DNA of 64,000 nt from a virus. The position numbers and the translations under genes were made by a program. The notes under the pieces were generated by a model, which worked only from the letters and a program-made list of their open reading frames with translations, made no database searches and was not told where the DNA came from. Shown here one piece after another: positions 39,680-49,549 of this stretch (its first letter is position 1; each line of letters starts with the position of its first letter). Location of the stretch: positions 32,001 through 96,000 of IMG/VR virus record IMGVR_UViG_3300045988_176431; one strand, given 5' to 3'.

Positions 39680-39890
39680 AGTGTTACAGAAACCCAAAGA
39701 GATTGATACCTGTCTGTCGGGATAGATCATCAGGAAGTTTAAATACACCGAGTGTCAAAAGGGGTTTCCATTTATATCTTATTCGGCATTTCCGGTAAGA
39801 TGTTAAATGTTATTGATGGCAGAGGAGGGTAATATATGGCAGAACTTAAAGATCAATAAATATCTTTAAGGATTAGGTACCCTTCTCAAT
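39680..39890 (+). ncRNA. candidate structured non-coding RNA, unclassified
   Basis: No ORF, and locally GC-richer than its flanks. Pairings are 39689-39695 (GAAACCC) with 39762-39768 (GGGTTTC), and 39821-39830 with 39877-39886 (10 bp including one G-U). A nested perfect 9-bp hairpin pairs 39845-39853 with 39862-39870. The region is flanked by the promoter motif and a terminator. Confidence 0.45.
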
Positions 39891-39899
39891 ATAAGCAAA

Positions 39900-39938
39900 A
39901 AGAAGTCTGATAAATAAAATTATCAGACTTCTTTTTTT
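39900..39938 (+). terminator. intrinsic terminator
   Basis: 13-bp stem AAGAAGTCTGATA / TATCAGACTTCTT followed by a T7 run. Confidence 0.85.
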
Positions 39939-40022
39939 ATTGATTATAGATAAAATCAATATCTTATATTCTATTTTTTTTATTACTTTTTTTTAATATT
40001 TTAAGAAATGAGGTATTTTTAT

Positions 40023-41261
40023 ATGTCATACAAAAACTTATTAATTGAAGAATTAAGAAATGACGAAGACAAAAAAGAAGATTTATTTAGTATCAATGCA
40101 GAGACAGATACTTATAAAACTGGTATTGCACCACTTGATTATGCTCTTGGTTATGTGGTACGTGTATATAATGATGATAATACCGTTAATGAAGAATATA
40201 AAGCACTCGGTATTAGTGGTGGTTGTAATGTAATGACGATTGGAAAATCATCAACAGCAAAGACATCCACTATGCTTTATATTGCCGCTAATATTGTAAG
40301 AAAATATGAAAGCGGATCAGTAATTCATTTTGACCTTGAACAGGCTATGAACTTATCAAGAGCAAGAACTATGACGAAATTTTCAATTGATGAAATTAAA
40401 GGTGGTAAATATATTTTAAGACAGTCTGATACATCCGTTGAAAAGATTAAACGTAGTATTATTAAATTATACAAAAAGAAAAAAGATAATCCAGAAACGT
40501 TTAAATATAACGCTGGAAAGAAAAATGAATTAGGGGAAGATATTGTTGTATATGAACCAACAGTAGTTCTTATTGATTCAATCCCTTCTATGACAGTAGA
40601 GATGAATGAAAATGATAAAAAAGATTTGAAGAAAATTGAAGAGATCTCATCTCAGACAGATCGAATGAGATTAACTGGTGAGATTGGAAGATTTTATACA
40701 GATCTTTTGCAATATATTAAATCAGTAAATATCATGACTATGTCAATCAACCATATTAAAGTGAATCCAAATATGGGAATTGTTAAGAGCCCTGCTGAAT
40801 TGTTATACTTGAAGCAAGATGAGGCACTTCCAGGCGGTAAAGCTCCAGTATATTTAGCACATATTCTTTTAAAATCCGTTGCGATTGGTAGTGCTAAATT
40901 TAATTTGGAAGATGATGGATTTGATGGTTTCGGCATTGCCTTACAGATTATTAAATCCAGATCAAATCAAGCAGGTCAAACAGTAAATCTTATTTATGAT
41001 AAGGTACGTGGTATTGATCCACTTAGAACATGTCTTTTGTATGCAAAAGAACAGGGATTATTAAGTGGTAATAAGAATGCTACATATTTTACAGATGATA
41101 AAGAGCATAAATTCCCTATGAGAACCGTAAATGAATATTTTAGGGAACACAGAGAAATGTACAAGATTATGTATGACCACATTATTCCGTTACTTGATAA
41201 AAGACTTTCTTCTGTAGCAGAAGAGGAATTAGAAGTTGTTGATGAGTTAATGGATTACTAA
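40023..41261 (+). CDS. RecA-family recombinase (UvsX/RadA-like)
   Basis: Walker A TIGKSSTAKTS, Walker B VVLIDSIPSM, and GGKAPVYLAH. Start at MSYKNL after GAGGT. Confidence 0.75.
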   Translation: MSYKNLLIEELRNDEDKKEDLFSINAETDTYKTGIAPLDYALGYVVRVYNDDNTVNEEYKALGISGGCNVMTIGKSSTAKTSTMLYIAANIVRKYESGSVIHFDLEQAMNLSRARTMTKFSIDEIKGGKYILRQSDTSVEKIKRSIIKLYKKKKDNPETFKYNAGKKNELGEDIVVYEPTVVLIDSIPSMTVEMNENDKKDLKKIEEISSQTDRMRLTGEIGRFYTDLLQYIKSVNIMTMSINHIKVNPNMGIVKSPAELLYLKQDEALPGGKAPVYLAHILLKSVAIGSAKFNLEDDGFDGFGIALQIIKSRSNQAGQTVNLIYDKVRGIDPLRTCLLYAKEQGLLSGNKNATYFTDDKEHKFPMRTVNEYFREHREMYKIMYDHIIPLLDKRLSSVAEEELEVVDELMDY

Positions 41262-41263
41262 AT

Positions 41264-41276
41264 TTATATATTATTT
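41264..41276 (+). promoter_or_regulatory. TTATATATTATTT motif, copy 5
   Basis: Exact 13-mer, followed by a T run and a 15-bp hairpin. Confidence 0.5.
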
Positions 41277-41287
41277 TTTTGGTAAAG

Positions 41288-41325
41288 AAGATGAGTAAAG
41301 TTTAAATAAAAACTTTACTCATCTT
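41288..41325 (+). terminator. 15-bp hairpin (terminator of the recombinase gene, or 5'-leader hairpin of the next unit)
   Basis: Stem AAGATGAGTAAAGTT / AACTTTACTCATCTT. It lies downstream of the 13-mer, so its role is ambiguous. Confidence 0.5.
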
Positions 41326-41353
41326 TAAAAAATATAAGGAAAGGTAGGTGATA

Positions 41354-42103
41354 ATGAATATGAGTGTTTCTTATGTTAATATGATTCTGCAAGGAGGGAT
41401 TTATTACTTTGAATTAAATGAAGAAACAAAAAACAGACCGTTTTTGGTAATTTCAAAAGACAATGGATATGGAAAAGATGTTTTAGCATTTGTGATTACG
41501 GAACGATTTACTAGTACAGATGTATCACTTCCGATTGTACTAAATAATTATGTTTCTTTTATTCGTGTATCAGGCTCAAAAGAAGTTCCAAAATCAAAAA
41601 TTATAAATTCATCGTTTAATGGTGTTTTAATTCCAGATGTGTTTAATATAGCAATCCGAATGTATATGAGACGATTTGCTATCGTTAATGAAAAAGAATT
41701 GGAAAAAGATTTGAATGATTATTTGGATAAAATTGAGAAAGAGGGTCATTATTATTATCTAGACCGAAAGAAACGGTTTAGAAAAAAAGAATACCTGAGA
41801 AATCAATTATTTTTGGAAGATAGTAAGGCAAAAATTGTATTTCCTGAAAAAGAAGAGAACAATGTGAATATTTCAAAATCAAACACAATTAATGGACCTT
41901 TAGATGATGAGGTTATGAAAGATTTTACTTTAAAGCAATTATTTACAATAAAGAGAATGATACATGAGCAATCAAAGAAAGACATTCAAAAAAAGTATCT
42001 ATTGGATAATTGGAAGTGTGATTATATTTGTACCAATATCGAACGATTAATCACAAGGAAAAAACGTGGGGAAAATATGTATAAAAAGAAAAGAAAAAAA
42101 TGA
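41354..42103 (+). CDS. PemK/MazF-like domain protein with ~150-aa Lys-rich C-terminal extension
   Basis: The N-terminus GGIYYFELNEETKNRPFLVISKDNGYGKDVLAFVITERF resembles the MazF/PemK pattern G-iy-v-l...RP-lVis...v-v-piTs. Confidence 0.6.
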   Translation: MNMSVSYVNMILQGGIYYFELNEETKNRPFLVISKDNGYGKDVLAFVITERFTSTDVSLPIVLNNYVSFIRVSGSKEVPKSKIINSSFNGVLIPDVFNIAIRMYMRRFAIVNEKELEKDLNDYLDKIEKEGHYYYLDRKKRFRKKEYLRNQLFLEDSKAKIVFPEKEENNVNISKSNTINGPLDDEVMKDFTLKQLFTIKRMIHEQSKKDIQKKYLLDNWKCDYICTNIERLITRKKRGENMYKKKRKK

Positions 42104-42118
42104 TTGGAGGATATAGTT

Positions 42119-43255
42119 TTGCCAGAAATACAAAAATATAACTTAAAAGATGAGTTAAAGGCTGCTGATGAGGAATATAAAAATTCAACAGCCCTTGTTG
42201 GTATGTCGGCATTAACTGAACCAAGATATACAAACTCAACAAGAACTCAAATGTTTACAAGTCATTTGAAACAGTTTTTGAATCTCATTCAACCGGAATT
42301 TCCAAGGGTGTTTACAAATGCAGAAAACGTAGTAGGAAAACATTCTTCTGCATATTACAAAACTAAAAATGACTTAGAAATTATTGAAAAGATTGAAAAG
42401 TATGGAGACATCTTAGAAGTGCCTTACATATATCATTTATTTGTATTTGACAAAAAGAAAAAACGTTATCGTGTTATTACACGAAAAGAAGTAGAAGAAA
42501 ATCTGACAGAGGATTTTGGTTATCATATGAATAATGAAGAGATTGACAGTTTTAAAGAAGGAGATATCATCCCAAAAGGAGATATTCTTTATAAGTCGAA
42601 TTCATATGATGAATCTATGAATTATCGTTATGGAGTAAATGCAACAGTACAGTATGTATTAAATCCATATACATCAGAAGATGCTGCTGATGTATCAGAA
42701 TCTTTTGCAAAGAAAATGACAACTTTGAAAGTGAAGAAAATTCCTTGGGGATTAAATAACAATGATATTCCTCTTAATTTATTTGGAGATGATGATGAAT
42801 ATAAGCCATATCCAGATATTGGAGAACCAGCATGTGGAATCTTTGGATGTTCAAGACCTCAATATAATGATCAGTTGTTGTTTGATTTTAAAGATTCAAA
42901 TTTAAGAACGATTAAAGATTCAGACCGTCCAGTATCATATCCAGGAAAAGGATTTATTGTCGATTATGAGATTTATTGTAATAATCCAGACATTGAAGAG
43001 AATTCTTTTAATAGTCAGATTATGACGTATTTAAAATCTCAGACAAAATACTGGAAAAAGATTTATAAAACAACAAAGAAGATTATTAATTCTGGTTATG
43101 ATTATGACAGAGAAATTGATTATCTTTATAAACGTGCAGATGAGTTTTTAGATGAAGATAAAAAATGGAAAGACGATTCTGTATTTGGTAACTTAAAAAT
43201 TGTAGCAACGATTGCAGAATATATTCCATTAAGGAAGGGGCATAAATTTACTGGT
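42119..43255 (+). CDS. RNA polymerase beta-like subunit, C-terminal half, exon 1
   Basis: Ends at GHKFTG, corresponding to the GDKxxG motif. Likely TTG start 8 nt after GGAGG (MPEIQKY). Confidence 0.8.
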
Positions 43256-43673
43256 TAACATAACAGCCAGTCATATTAGGCGACTAATATGTTACAAACT
43301 CCATGAATTGCGGGGAACTCTCGTTAGGTTCTAGTTACTAAACTAAGATAGTGATATACTTAGTGGCAAAGGGTAACTCCTAAGGTATAGTAAAAAGACT
43401 AGAAATAGAGACAATCGACGCAGGGAAGTATCTTAATAATATAAGATATGACTTCAACGACTATCGAAAGTATAGGTTAAGAGAAATACTTAACTGAATA
43501 AACGAGTAGAGTAGACCAGAAGTCTGGGTGCACGAAATTGGTGCTTTACGAAGTGTGGAGCTCTTTATATTTGGTGACAGAATATAAAGATGAAGATATA
43601 GTCTAATCTATACTGAGAAGTATAGCTGTATAAAAACAGATATAAGTGTAACGAACTTATATGAATAATCATG
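43256..43673 (+). mobile_element. group I intron E (ORF-less)
   Basis: Shared core. P1 pairs ACTGGT with GCCAGT, with a terminal U-G. P10 pairs CATAAC with GTTATG. Splicing gives GHKFTG-RYGNKSVVSRVLPDKDMP, matching GDKMAGRHGNKGVISKI.P.EDMP. Confidence 0.9.
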
Positions 43674-44771
43674 CGTTATGGAAACAAATCTGTTGTTTCA
43701 CGAGTATTACCCGATAAAGATATGCCTCATACAAAAGATGGAAAAACTGTTGACGTTCGATTAAACTTATTAGCCATTATCAACCGTACAACAGGGTTTG
43801 TTCCTCATGAGTTATTTATTAACTTCATTTGTGATAGAGCAAGGGAGCAAATGAAAAAAGCAACTACGTTGAAAGAAAAAGAAAATATACTCTTTTCAAT
43901 CATTAAAGATTTGAATGAAAAACAGTATAAAAGTATGTATGCTTATTATAAAGATTTGAAAGATACAAAATTGAAAAAAGAATACATTGATGATTGTATT
44001 TATGAAGGTATCTTTATTCATCAGAATCCTGTTTCTGAAGATGAACCAATTCTTTATAAATTACAAAAGATGACAAAGAAATATAATTGGTTGGAACCTT
44101 ATCAGTTATATGTAACAATCGATGGTCACGAGATTCCTCAGATGATAAAAACTTACATGGGTGAGATGTACATGATTCGATTGAAACAAACTGACCAAAA
44201 GAATTTCTCGGTACGAAATACAGGAGCAATTAATACAAAAGAATTACCAGAACGAAGCTATAAGAATCGAAATCATCAGGATTTATATTCAGATAAAGCA
44301 ATTCGTTTTGGTGAGTATGAAACTCTTGCTATTATGACAGGTCTTTCAGAAGAAGAACTTGCTCTTTTCCATGCCTATTATCGTACTTCTATTAAAGGTA
44401 GAAAAGATGTGATTTCTCATATCTTTGAACCAGAAAAGAAATTAAGTGAAATTGATTCTTCACTTACAAATCGAACAGCAGAACTTTTTAATGTTATCTT
44501 TAAAGCATTATCAAATGAAATTGAATTTATTGATAGTGATAATATCGTAAAATCAATGGATAATATTCATGTTCAAGAATACACATATCATGGACAAACA
44601 TATTTCATGACAGAATATGAATTTTATCTATTTAAATTAGAAGATGAATTAAAAGAGAAGATTCTGTTAGAAACTCCTGGTTTAACAGATGAAGAATTAG
44701 ATGAGAGATTACATGAAGAATTAAAAGCATCTAAGAGAATTATGGGTGAACCTGTAAAAGATATGAAATAA
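43674..44771 (+). CDS. RNA polymerase beta-like subunit, C-terminal half, exon 2
   Basis: RYGNKSVVSRVLPDKDMPHTKDGKTVDVRLNLLAIINRTT aligns to RHGNKGVVS...EDMP...G.PVDIVLNPLGVPSRMN. Confidence 0.9.
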   Translation, partial: RYGNKSVVSRVLPDKDMPHTKDGKTVDVRLNLLAIINRTTGFVPHELFINFICDRAREQMKKATTLKEKENILFSIIKDLNEKQYKSMYAYYKDLKDTKLKKEYIDDCIYEGIFIHQNPVSEDEPILYKLQKMTKKYNWLEPYQLYVTIDGHEIPQMIKTYMGEMYMIRLKQTDQKNFSVRNTGAINTKELPERSYKNRNHQDLYSDKAIRFGEYETLAIMTGLSEEELALFHAYYRTSIKGRKDVISHIFEPEKKLSEIDSSLTNRTAELFNVIFKALSNEIEFIDSDNIVKSMDNIHVQEYTYHGQTYFMTEYEFYLFKLEDELKEKILLETPGLTDEELDERLHEELKASKRIMGEPVKDMK

Positions 44772-44782
44772 AAAAAGATAAA

Positions 44783-44813
44783 AGAAGAAGAGATATTTTG
44801 TATCTCTTCTTCT
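44783..44813. terminator. bidirectional hairpin terminator
   Basis: 13-bp stem AGAAGAAGAGATA / TATCTCTTCTTCT flanked by A and T runs. Confidence 0.8.
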
Positions 44814-44817
44814 TTTT

Positions 44818-45231
44818 TTATCCTGCACGTTTTTTCTTATCATACATTTCTTTATATTTATTTGGTTTTCTTTCTTCTAGTTTTTCATAACGACCTGGTT
44901 GCTGTTTTGCAACTTTTTGACCTTTACGTTTTTTAAGATTCTGTCTGATAGAATCTTTTGGATACTTAGATGCTTCTTTTCCAACAGAAACAGTATCTCT
45001 TTTTTTATATTTGTCCACTTTATCATAATCAGTAAATACTTTATCTACATTATTCCATTGCTCTTTGTTATATTCATTACCAAGTAAATTACTTATTTTT
45101 TTATTCTTTACTTTTTTCATGTCATGATTGAATTCATTTACTGATTTTTCATATTTTTTATGATTTTCTTTGGCGAAACGAGTTGCTTCATATAAAAAAC
45201 AAAAGATTTCATCTCTTTGTTCACGTAACAT
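44818..45231 (-). CDS. basic Lys-rich protein
   Basis: 137 aa with RBS GTGAGGT. Confidence 0.7.
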   Translation of the reverse strand: MLREQRDEIFCFLYEATRFAKENHKKYEKSVNEFNHDMKKVKNKKISNLLGNEYNKEQWNNVDKVFTDYDKVDKYKKRDTVSVGKEASKYPKDSIRQNLKKRKGQKVAKQQPGRYEKLEERKPNKYKEMYDKKKRAG

Positions 45232-45335
45232 AATTTCTACCTCACTTTCATAAGTTTTTTAAGATTATACTTATAATTATGTATATATTTAGTAAAAAAA
45301 CAAAGTTATAATCAAAAATAGAAAGATGGTGAATT

Positions 45336-46571
45336 ATGATGGAACAAAGACCACATGAAGTAAAATATGTTACTATGATGGGAAGTGCGGCTCATACTTA
45401 TGGGAATGCACTTGCAACAGTACAAAATTGGGTAATGAATTTATTCCCAGAAAAAACATTTAAAACAATTCATGTTAATTCACGTATTACACATAGACAG
45501 ATGCTTAGTACACCTCATGAGTTTTTGAAGAAATCAAAACCTATGATTATTTTTCGTCCTAGAATTAGTTATGATGAAGACAGGTTTTTAAATCATACAT
45601 TATTAACTGAACGACAAGGTGATATTTATAACGCAGGTGCTTATACCGATTTACAGCCATTCTTTCAAGATAATCAAAGTAAGATTGCTTGTAAATATAC
45701 ATTAAATCGATATGTGATGTATGTGGATGTTGTAATGATATTTAACACATTAATTCAACAAATTAACTATATTCATTTTTTGAAGAATGCAACAAGAATT
45801 GGTATTCCATTTGATATTGAAACTTTTTTAGAGAGTTACATTTCAACTGATATGATGAAAATGATTTCTAAACTTTCAGGTATACCGATTGTATCAGAGG
45901 ATGGTAATACGAAAGACTTTTTGGATTATATGAATACAAATTCTGAATATCCAGTTACTTATAAATTACAAGGAAGTTCTGGTACCGATGAGTATTATCG
46001 ATATTATCCTGCTAAGATTCTTACTACAATTTCAGATATCTCAGCAGATGATGGAGAACGAGTTGGACAAATTACAAATGCTTATCAATGTTCTTTTACA
46101 ATGAAATTAGAATTCTTTGGTACAGGATTTTATTATTTATTCTCAGATAAAATTCATGATTTACCAAAATTTAAAATACCAGATGATTCTACTTTGATTC
46201 CAATCTTTACAGATGTTCTTTTGGAAGAAGATTTATGTCTAGCACCAGGATGGAAAGTATACAATCATTTTTCTTGTCAATTAGATAAAGAATATGATAA
46301 TGTTGATTTTGAAGGAACTTTAAATACTTCTATAAGAGAAGCTGTTCAGTTTCATTTAAAAACAGGAAGACCATTAGTTGATTTAATTGACATAAAGGTT
46401 AGACGTCAAGGTAATTTATTACAGAATATGAAAGATTATACGATTGATTGGGAACATTTTAAAATCAATTTCAATAATAAAAGCTATGGATTCTTTACTT
46501 ACAAAGTAATTGTGTCAATTAATGTATTATACATTAATGAATTAATTAAAGAAATCTATAAGTTAAAATAA
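45336..46571 (+). CDS. hypothetical protein
   Basis: 411-aa ORF. Confidence 0.75.
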   Translation: MMEQRPHEVKYVTMMGSAAHTYGNALATVQNWVMNLFPEKTFKTIHVNSRITHRQMLSTPHEFLKKSKPMIIFRPRISYDEDRFLNHTLLTERQGDIYNAGAYTDLQPFFQDNQSKIACKYTLNRYVMYVDVVMIFNTLIQQINYIHFLKNATRIGIPFDIETFLESYISTDMMKMISKLSGIPIVSEDGNTKDFLDYMNTNSEYPVTYKLQGSSGTDEYYRYYPAKILTTISDISADDGERVGQITNAYQCSFTMKLEFFGTGFYYLFSDKIHDLPKFKIPDDSTLIPIFTDVLLEEDLCLAPGWKVYNHFSCQLDKEYDNVDFEGTLNTSIREAVQFHLKTGRPLVDLIDIKVRRQGNLLQNMKDYTIDWEHFKINFNNKSYGFFTYKVIVSINVLYINELIKEIYKLK

Positions 46572-46575
46572 AAAA

Positions 46576-46608
46576 ATAAGGTAGTATGGTTTTTCCATAC
46601 TACCTTAT
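46576..46608 (+). terminator. intrinsic terminator
   Basis: 14-bp stem ATAAGGTAGTATGG / CCATACTACCTTAT followed by a T run. Confidence 0.85.
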
Positions 46609-46937
46609 TTTTATGACGGATAAAGAACCACAAGGAGGGACAAGTTCCTTGTGGTTCTTTCTCGAATATATAGTCAACATGTAATCATGATGTATACAAT
46701 TTACAGTGTGTCTGTCGTCGTAATCGATAAAATTTGCAAAGTTTTAAAAACATAATCAACAAAAAAGAGGAGTTTATCATTATCAGTCAAAAAAAACATC
46801 AGCATTTGAAAACCAAGCTTCTGTATACATATGATTTACATGAGTTTAGCCATTCATAAATCAAATTTTAAATTAATGTTAAAAAAAATAAAAGTAAAAA
46901 CTAAAATATAATTTATAAAGAAAGGATAAATAGTTTT

Positions 46938-49511
46938 ATGTGGATAAAGTATATTTGTCTTGAAAATTTTAAGAATATTAAAACAGGCTTAAAAGCCAAT
47001 CGATTAGAAATTGATTTTTCAAAAAGAGAAAATGTGATTTGTTTATTAACAGGTCCAAATGGAATGGGAAAAACATCACTTCTTAGTTGTTTAACTCCAT
47101 TTGCAACATTAGGAAATTTAGATATTAGAGATGGAAATCAATTAATTATAGAGAAAAAACCTGGATATAAAAGAATTATTATTATGAATGGTCCAGATGA
47201 AATTGATATTGAACATTTCTATTCTGTAAATAAAGAAACCCATTCAGTGAAATCTTATATAAAATTAAATGGAAAAGAATTAAATCCAAATGGTAATGTG
47301 ACATCATTTAAGAACGTTGTGTATGAATTGTTACATATTGATTTAGATTATGTGCGATTAATTCGTTTAGGGGATAATGTAAGCAATTTAATTCAATTAA
47401 AAACAAGTGAACGTAAAAAGTTTATGTCAAAGATGTTACCAAGTGTAGATAATTACTTAAAGTTATACACAAAGCTTTCAGCAGATGTTCGTGATTTAAA
47501 AGTAGTAATGTCACATATTACGGATAATATAAATAAATTAAATATCAAAGATGAAGAAGAATATCAGAAAAAAATGAATGAAATTGATGATGCAATTTCT
47601 TATTATGAAAAGAATATTAATGAAGTAACAGAAGAAATTTATAAATTAACTTATGATATTGAGTCTTTATCTTTAGATTTAGAATATCGAGATGAATTGA
47701 GAAAGTTAAGAAAAAAAGAATCAAGATATCGTTTACTTTTAGAAGATAAAGATTCGTTAAAAGATATTGATACTTTGAAAAAAGAAATTGAGTCTTTATC
47801 TCAGATGATTTTAAAACTTAAATCAGAGATTGAATTCTCAGATCGAGAATATGATATGAAGCTAAATCAATTGGATGATAATAAGAAAGAAATTTCTGAA
47901 TTATCTTATCAGATTGATATAGAGGTACAAAATAGTAATCTCTTATCTTTGAGAGATTACTTAAAAGAACTATTAGAAAAAGAACAAAAAACAAAAGCTG
48001 TTACTCTTCCTTTTGAAATAAATTTTACAAAAGAAGAGTTAGATGATTTTGTTGTTGACTTGAAAAATATTCAGAGAGATTTAAATATTACTTATGAATT
48101 TGGTAAAGGACCAATCACTGAAGTAATTGACTTAATGGAAAAAGATGTTAATATAAGTGATTTTGTTACTGCTAATTTACTTGCTTTAGAAAATAAAAGA
48201 GAGAAAAGTAACAGAACTTATCTTGATTCACTCATTACAAAATATGAAAAAAAGAAAATACCAGATTGTAAAGAATCTTGTATTTTTAGAGATTTATATA
48301 TGGACGTAATGAGAGTAAAAGAAATTAAGTCAGTAGAAACTTCAAATAAATCACCGGAGTATTATCAAATCGTAAAGGTAGTACATGAAAATCTACTTAG
48401 TATTATTGAAAGACTTTCTGAGTTATCTGGGTTTATTAAAAAACTCCCAGCAGAATATCAGAGTATGTTTATAAAAAAGAAAGTCTTTAAATCAATTAAG
48501 AAATGTGAAATGATTTACAAAGATGAAAAGATTAATGAATTGATGAGTATTGTAGCAGAATATTCATATTATATTAAACTGAATCAGGAGATTGAAACAA
48601 CTCAGAAAAACATTGAATCTGAAGAACAAAAATCAAACTTACCATTTTTGGTAAAACAAAAAGAAAAATTAGAAGATAAGAATCAAACATTGATAGATGA
48701 AATTGAAGCATTAAAAGAAAAGATGAATTCTTTATCAAAAGAATTAAAAGAAAAAGAAGAAGAGTTAGAACTCTCAAAAGATAGTATTGGTGCAATTGAA
48801 AACTATACAACAATCAAAGATGATATGATTGAATTAGAAGAAAAGGCTATGAAATATGAGGAATGGTCTAAAGAAAGATTAGAAAAAGAAAAAAAGAAAA
48901 ATGTATTAACTCATGAAAAAACTTTTATGATTAATAACAAAAATCAATATGATATGAATTTCCAAGAGTTTAAGAAACTAACAAAGGAACTTAGAAAATG
49001 TAGAGAGATGTATGATGATTATTTACTCATTCGTTCTGCAACTTCTACAAAAGAAGGAATTCCTTTATTACATATTCAGATGTATTTAAAAGATACAAAA
49101 GAATTGGTAAATGAACTTCTTGACATTGTATATGACGGAAAAATATATATTGATGATTTTTCGATTACAGGAGATGAATTTAAGATTCCATTTATTAAAG
49201 AAGGAACAGAAATACCAGATATATCATTTGCATCTCAAGGTGAAAAAAGTTTCTTAAATATGGCAATTAGTTTTGCCTTATCCATTCAGAATTTAACGGA
49301 ATATAATATTCCGTTATTAGATGAAGTAGATGCAACTTTTGACCAAGAGAATCGAGAAAAAGCAATTGCTATTATTGAACGACAAAATGAAATCATTCAA
49401 TCTGAACAGACATTCATTATTAGTCACAATAATATGTATAATCAGTATCCTGTTGATGTAATTGACTTTTCCGATTTAAAATCTAGTAAGTTTGATATTA
49501 AATTAAATTAA
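46938..49511 (+). CDS. SbcC/Rad50-family ATPase (T4 gp46-like)
   Basis: Walker A GPNGMGKTS, a long coiled-coil middle, ABC signature SQGEKSFLNMAISFAL, Walker B PLLDEVDATFD. Confidence 0.85.
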   Translation: MWIKYICLENFKNIKTGLKANRLEIDFSKRENVICLLTGPNGMGKTSLLSCLTPFATLGNLDIRDGNQLIIEKKPGYKRIIIMNGPDEIDIEHFYSVNKETHSVKSYIKLNGKELNPNGNVTSFKNVVYELLHIDLDYVRLIRLGDNVSNLIQLKTSERKKFMSKMLPSVDNYLKLYTKLSADVRDLKVVMSHITDNINKLNIKDEEEYQKKMNEIDDAISYYEKNINEVTEEIYKLTYDIESLSLDLEYRDELRKLRKKESRYRLLLEDKDSLKDIDTLKKEIESLSQMILKLKSEIEFSDREYDMKLNQLDDNKKEISELSYQIDIEVQNSNLLSLRDYLKELLEKEQKTKAVTLPFEINFTKEELDDFVVDLKNIQRDLNITYEFGKGPITEVIDLMEKDVNISDFVTANLLALENKREKSNRTYLDSLITKYEKKKIPDCKESCIFRDLYMDVMRVKEIKSVETSNKSPEYYQIVKVVHENLLSIIERLSELSGFIKKLPAEYQSMFIKKKVFKSIKKCEMIYKDEKINELMSIVAEYSYYIKLNQEIETTQKNIESEEQKSNLPFLVKQKEKLEDKNQTLIDEIEALKEKMNSLSKELKEKEEELELSKDSIGAIENYTTIKDDMIELEEKAMKYEEWSKERLEKEKKKNVLTHEKTFMINNKNQYDMNFQEFKKLTKELRKCREMYDDYLLIRSATSTKEGIPLLHIQMYLKDTKELVNELLDIVYDGKIYIDDFSITGDEFKIPFIKEGTEIPDISFASQGEKSFLNMAISFALSIQNLTEYNIPLLDEVDATFDQENREKAIAIIERQNEIIQSEQTFIISHNNMYNQYPVDVIDFSDLKSSKFDIKLN

Positions 49512-49517
49512 TAAAAA

Positions 49518-49549
49518 AAGAAGAGTATTATTAAAACTTAACTCTTCTT
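49518..49549 (+). terminator. hairpin terminator
   Basis: Stem AAGAAGAGT / ACTCTTCTT followed by a T run. Confidence 0.6.

Noticed and set aside
39727-39735. A hammerhead-like CUGAUGA on the minus strand inside the candidate ncRNA.
   Set aside because: No following stem II plus GAAA, and no stem I/III arrangement, could be built around it.
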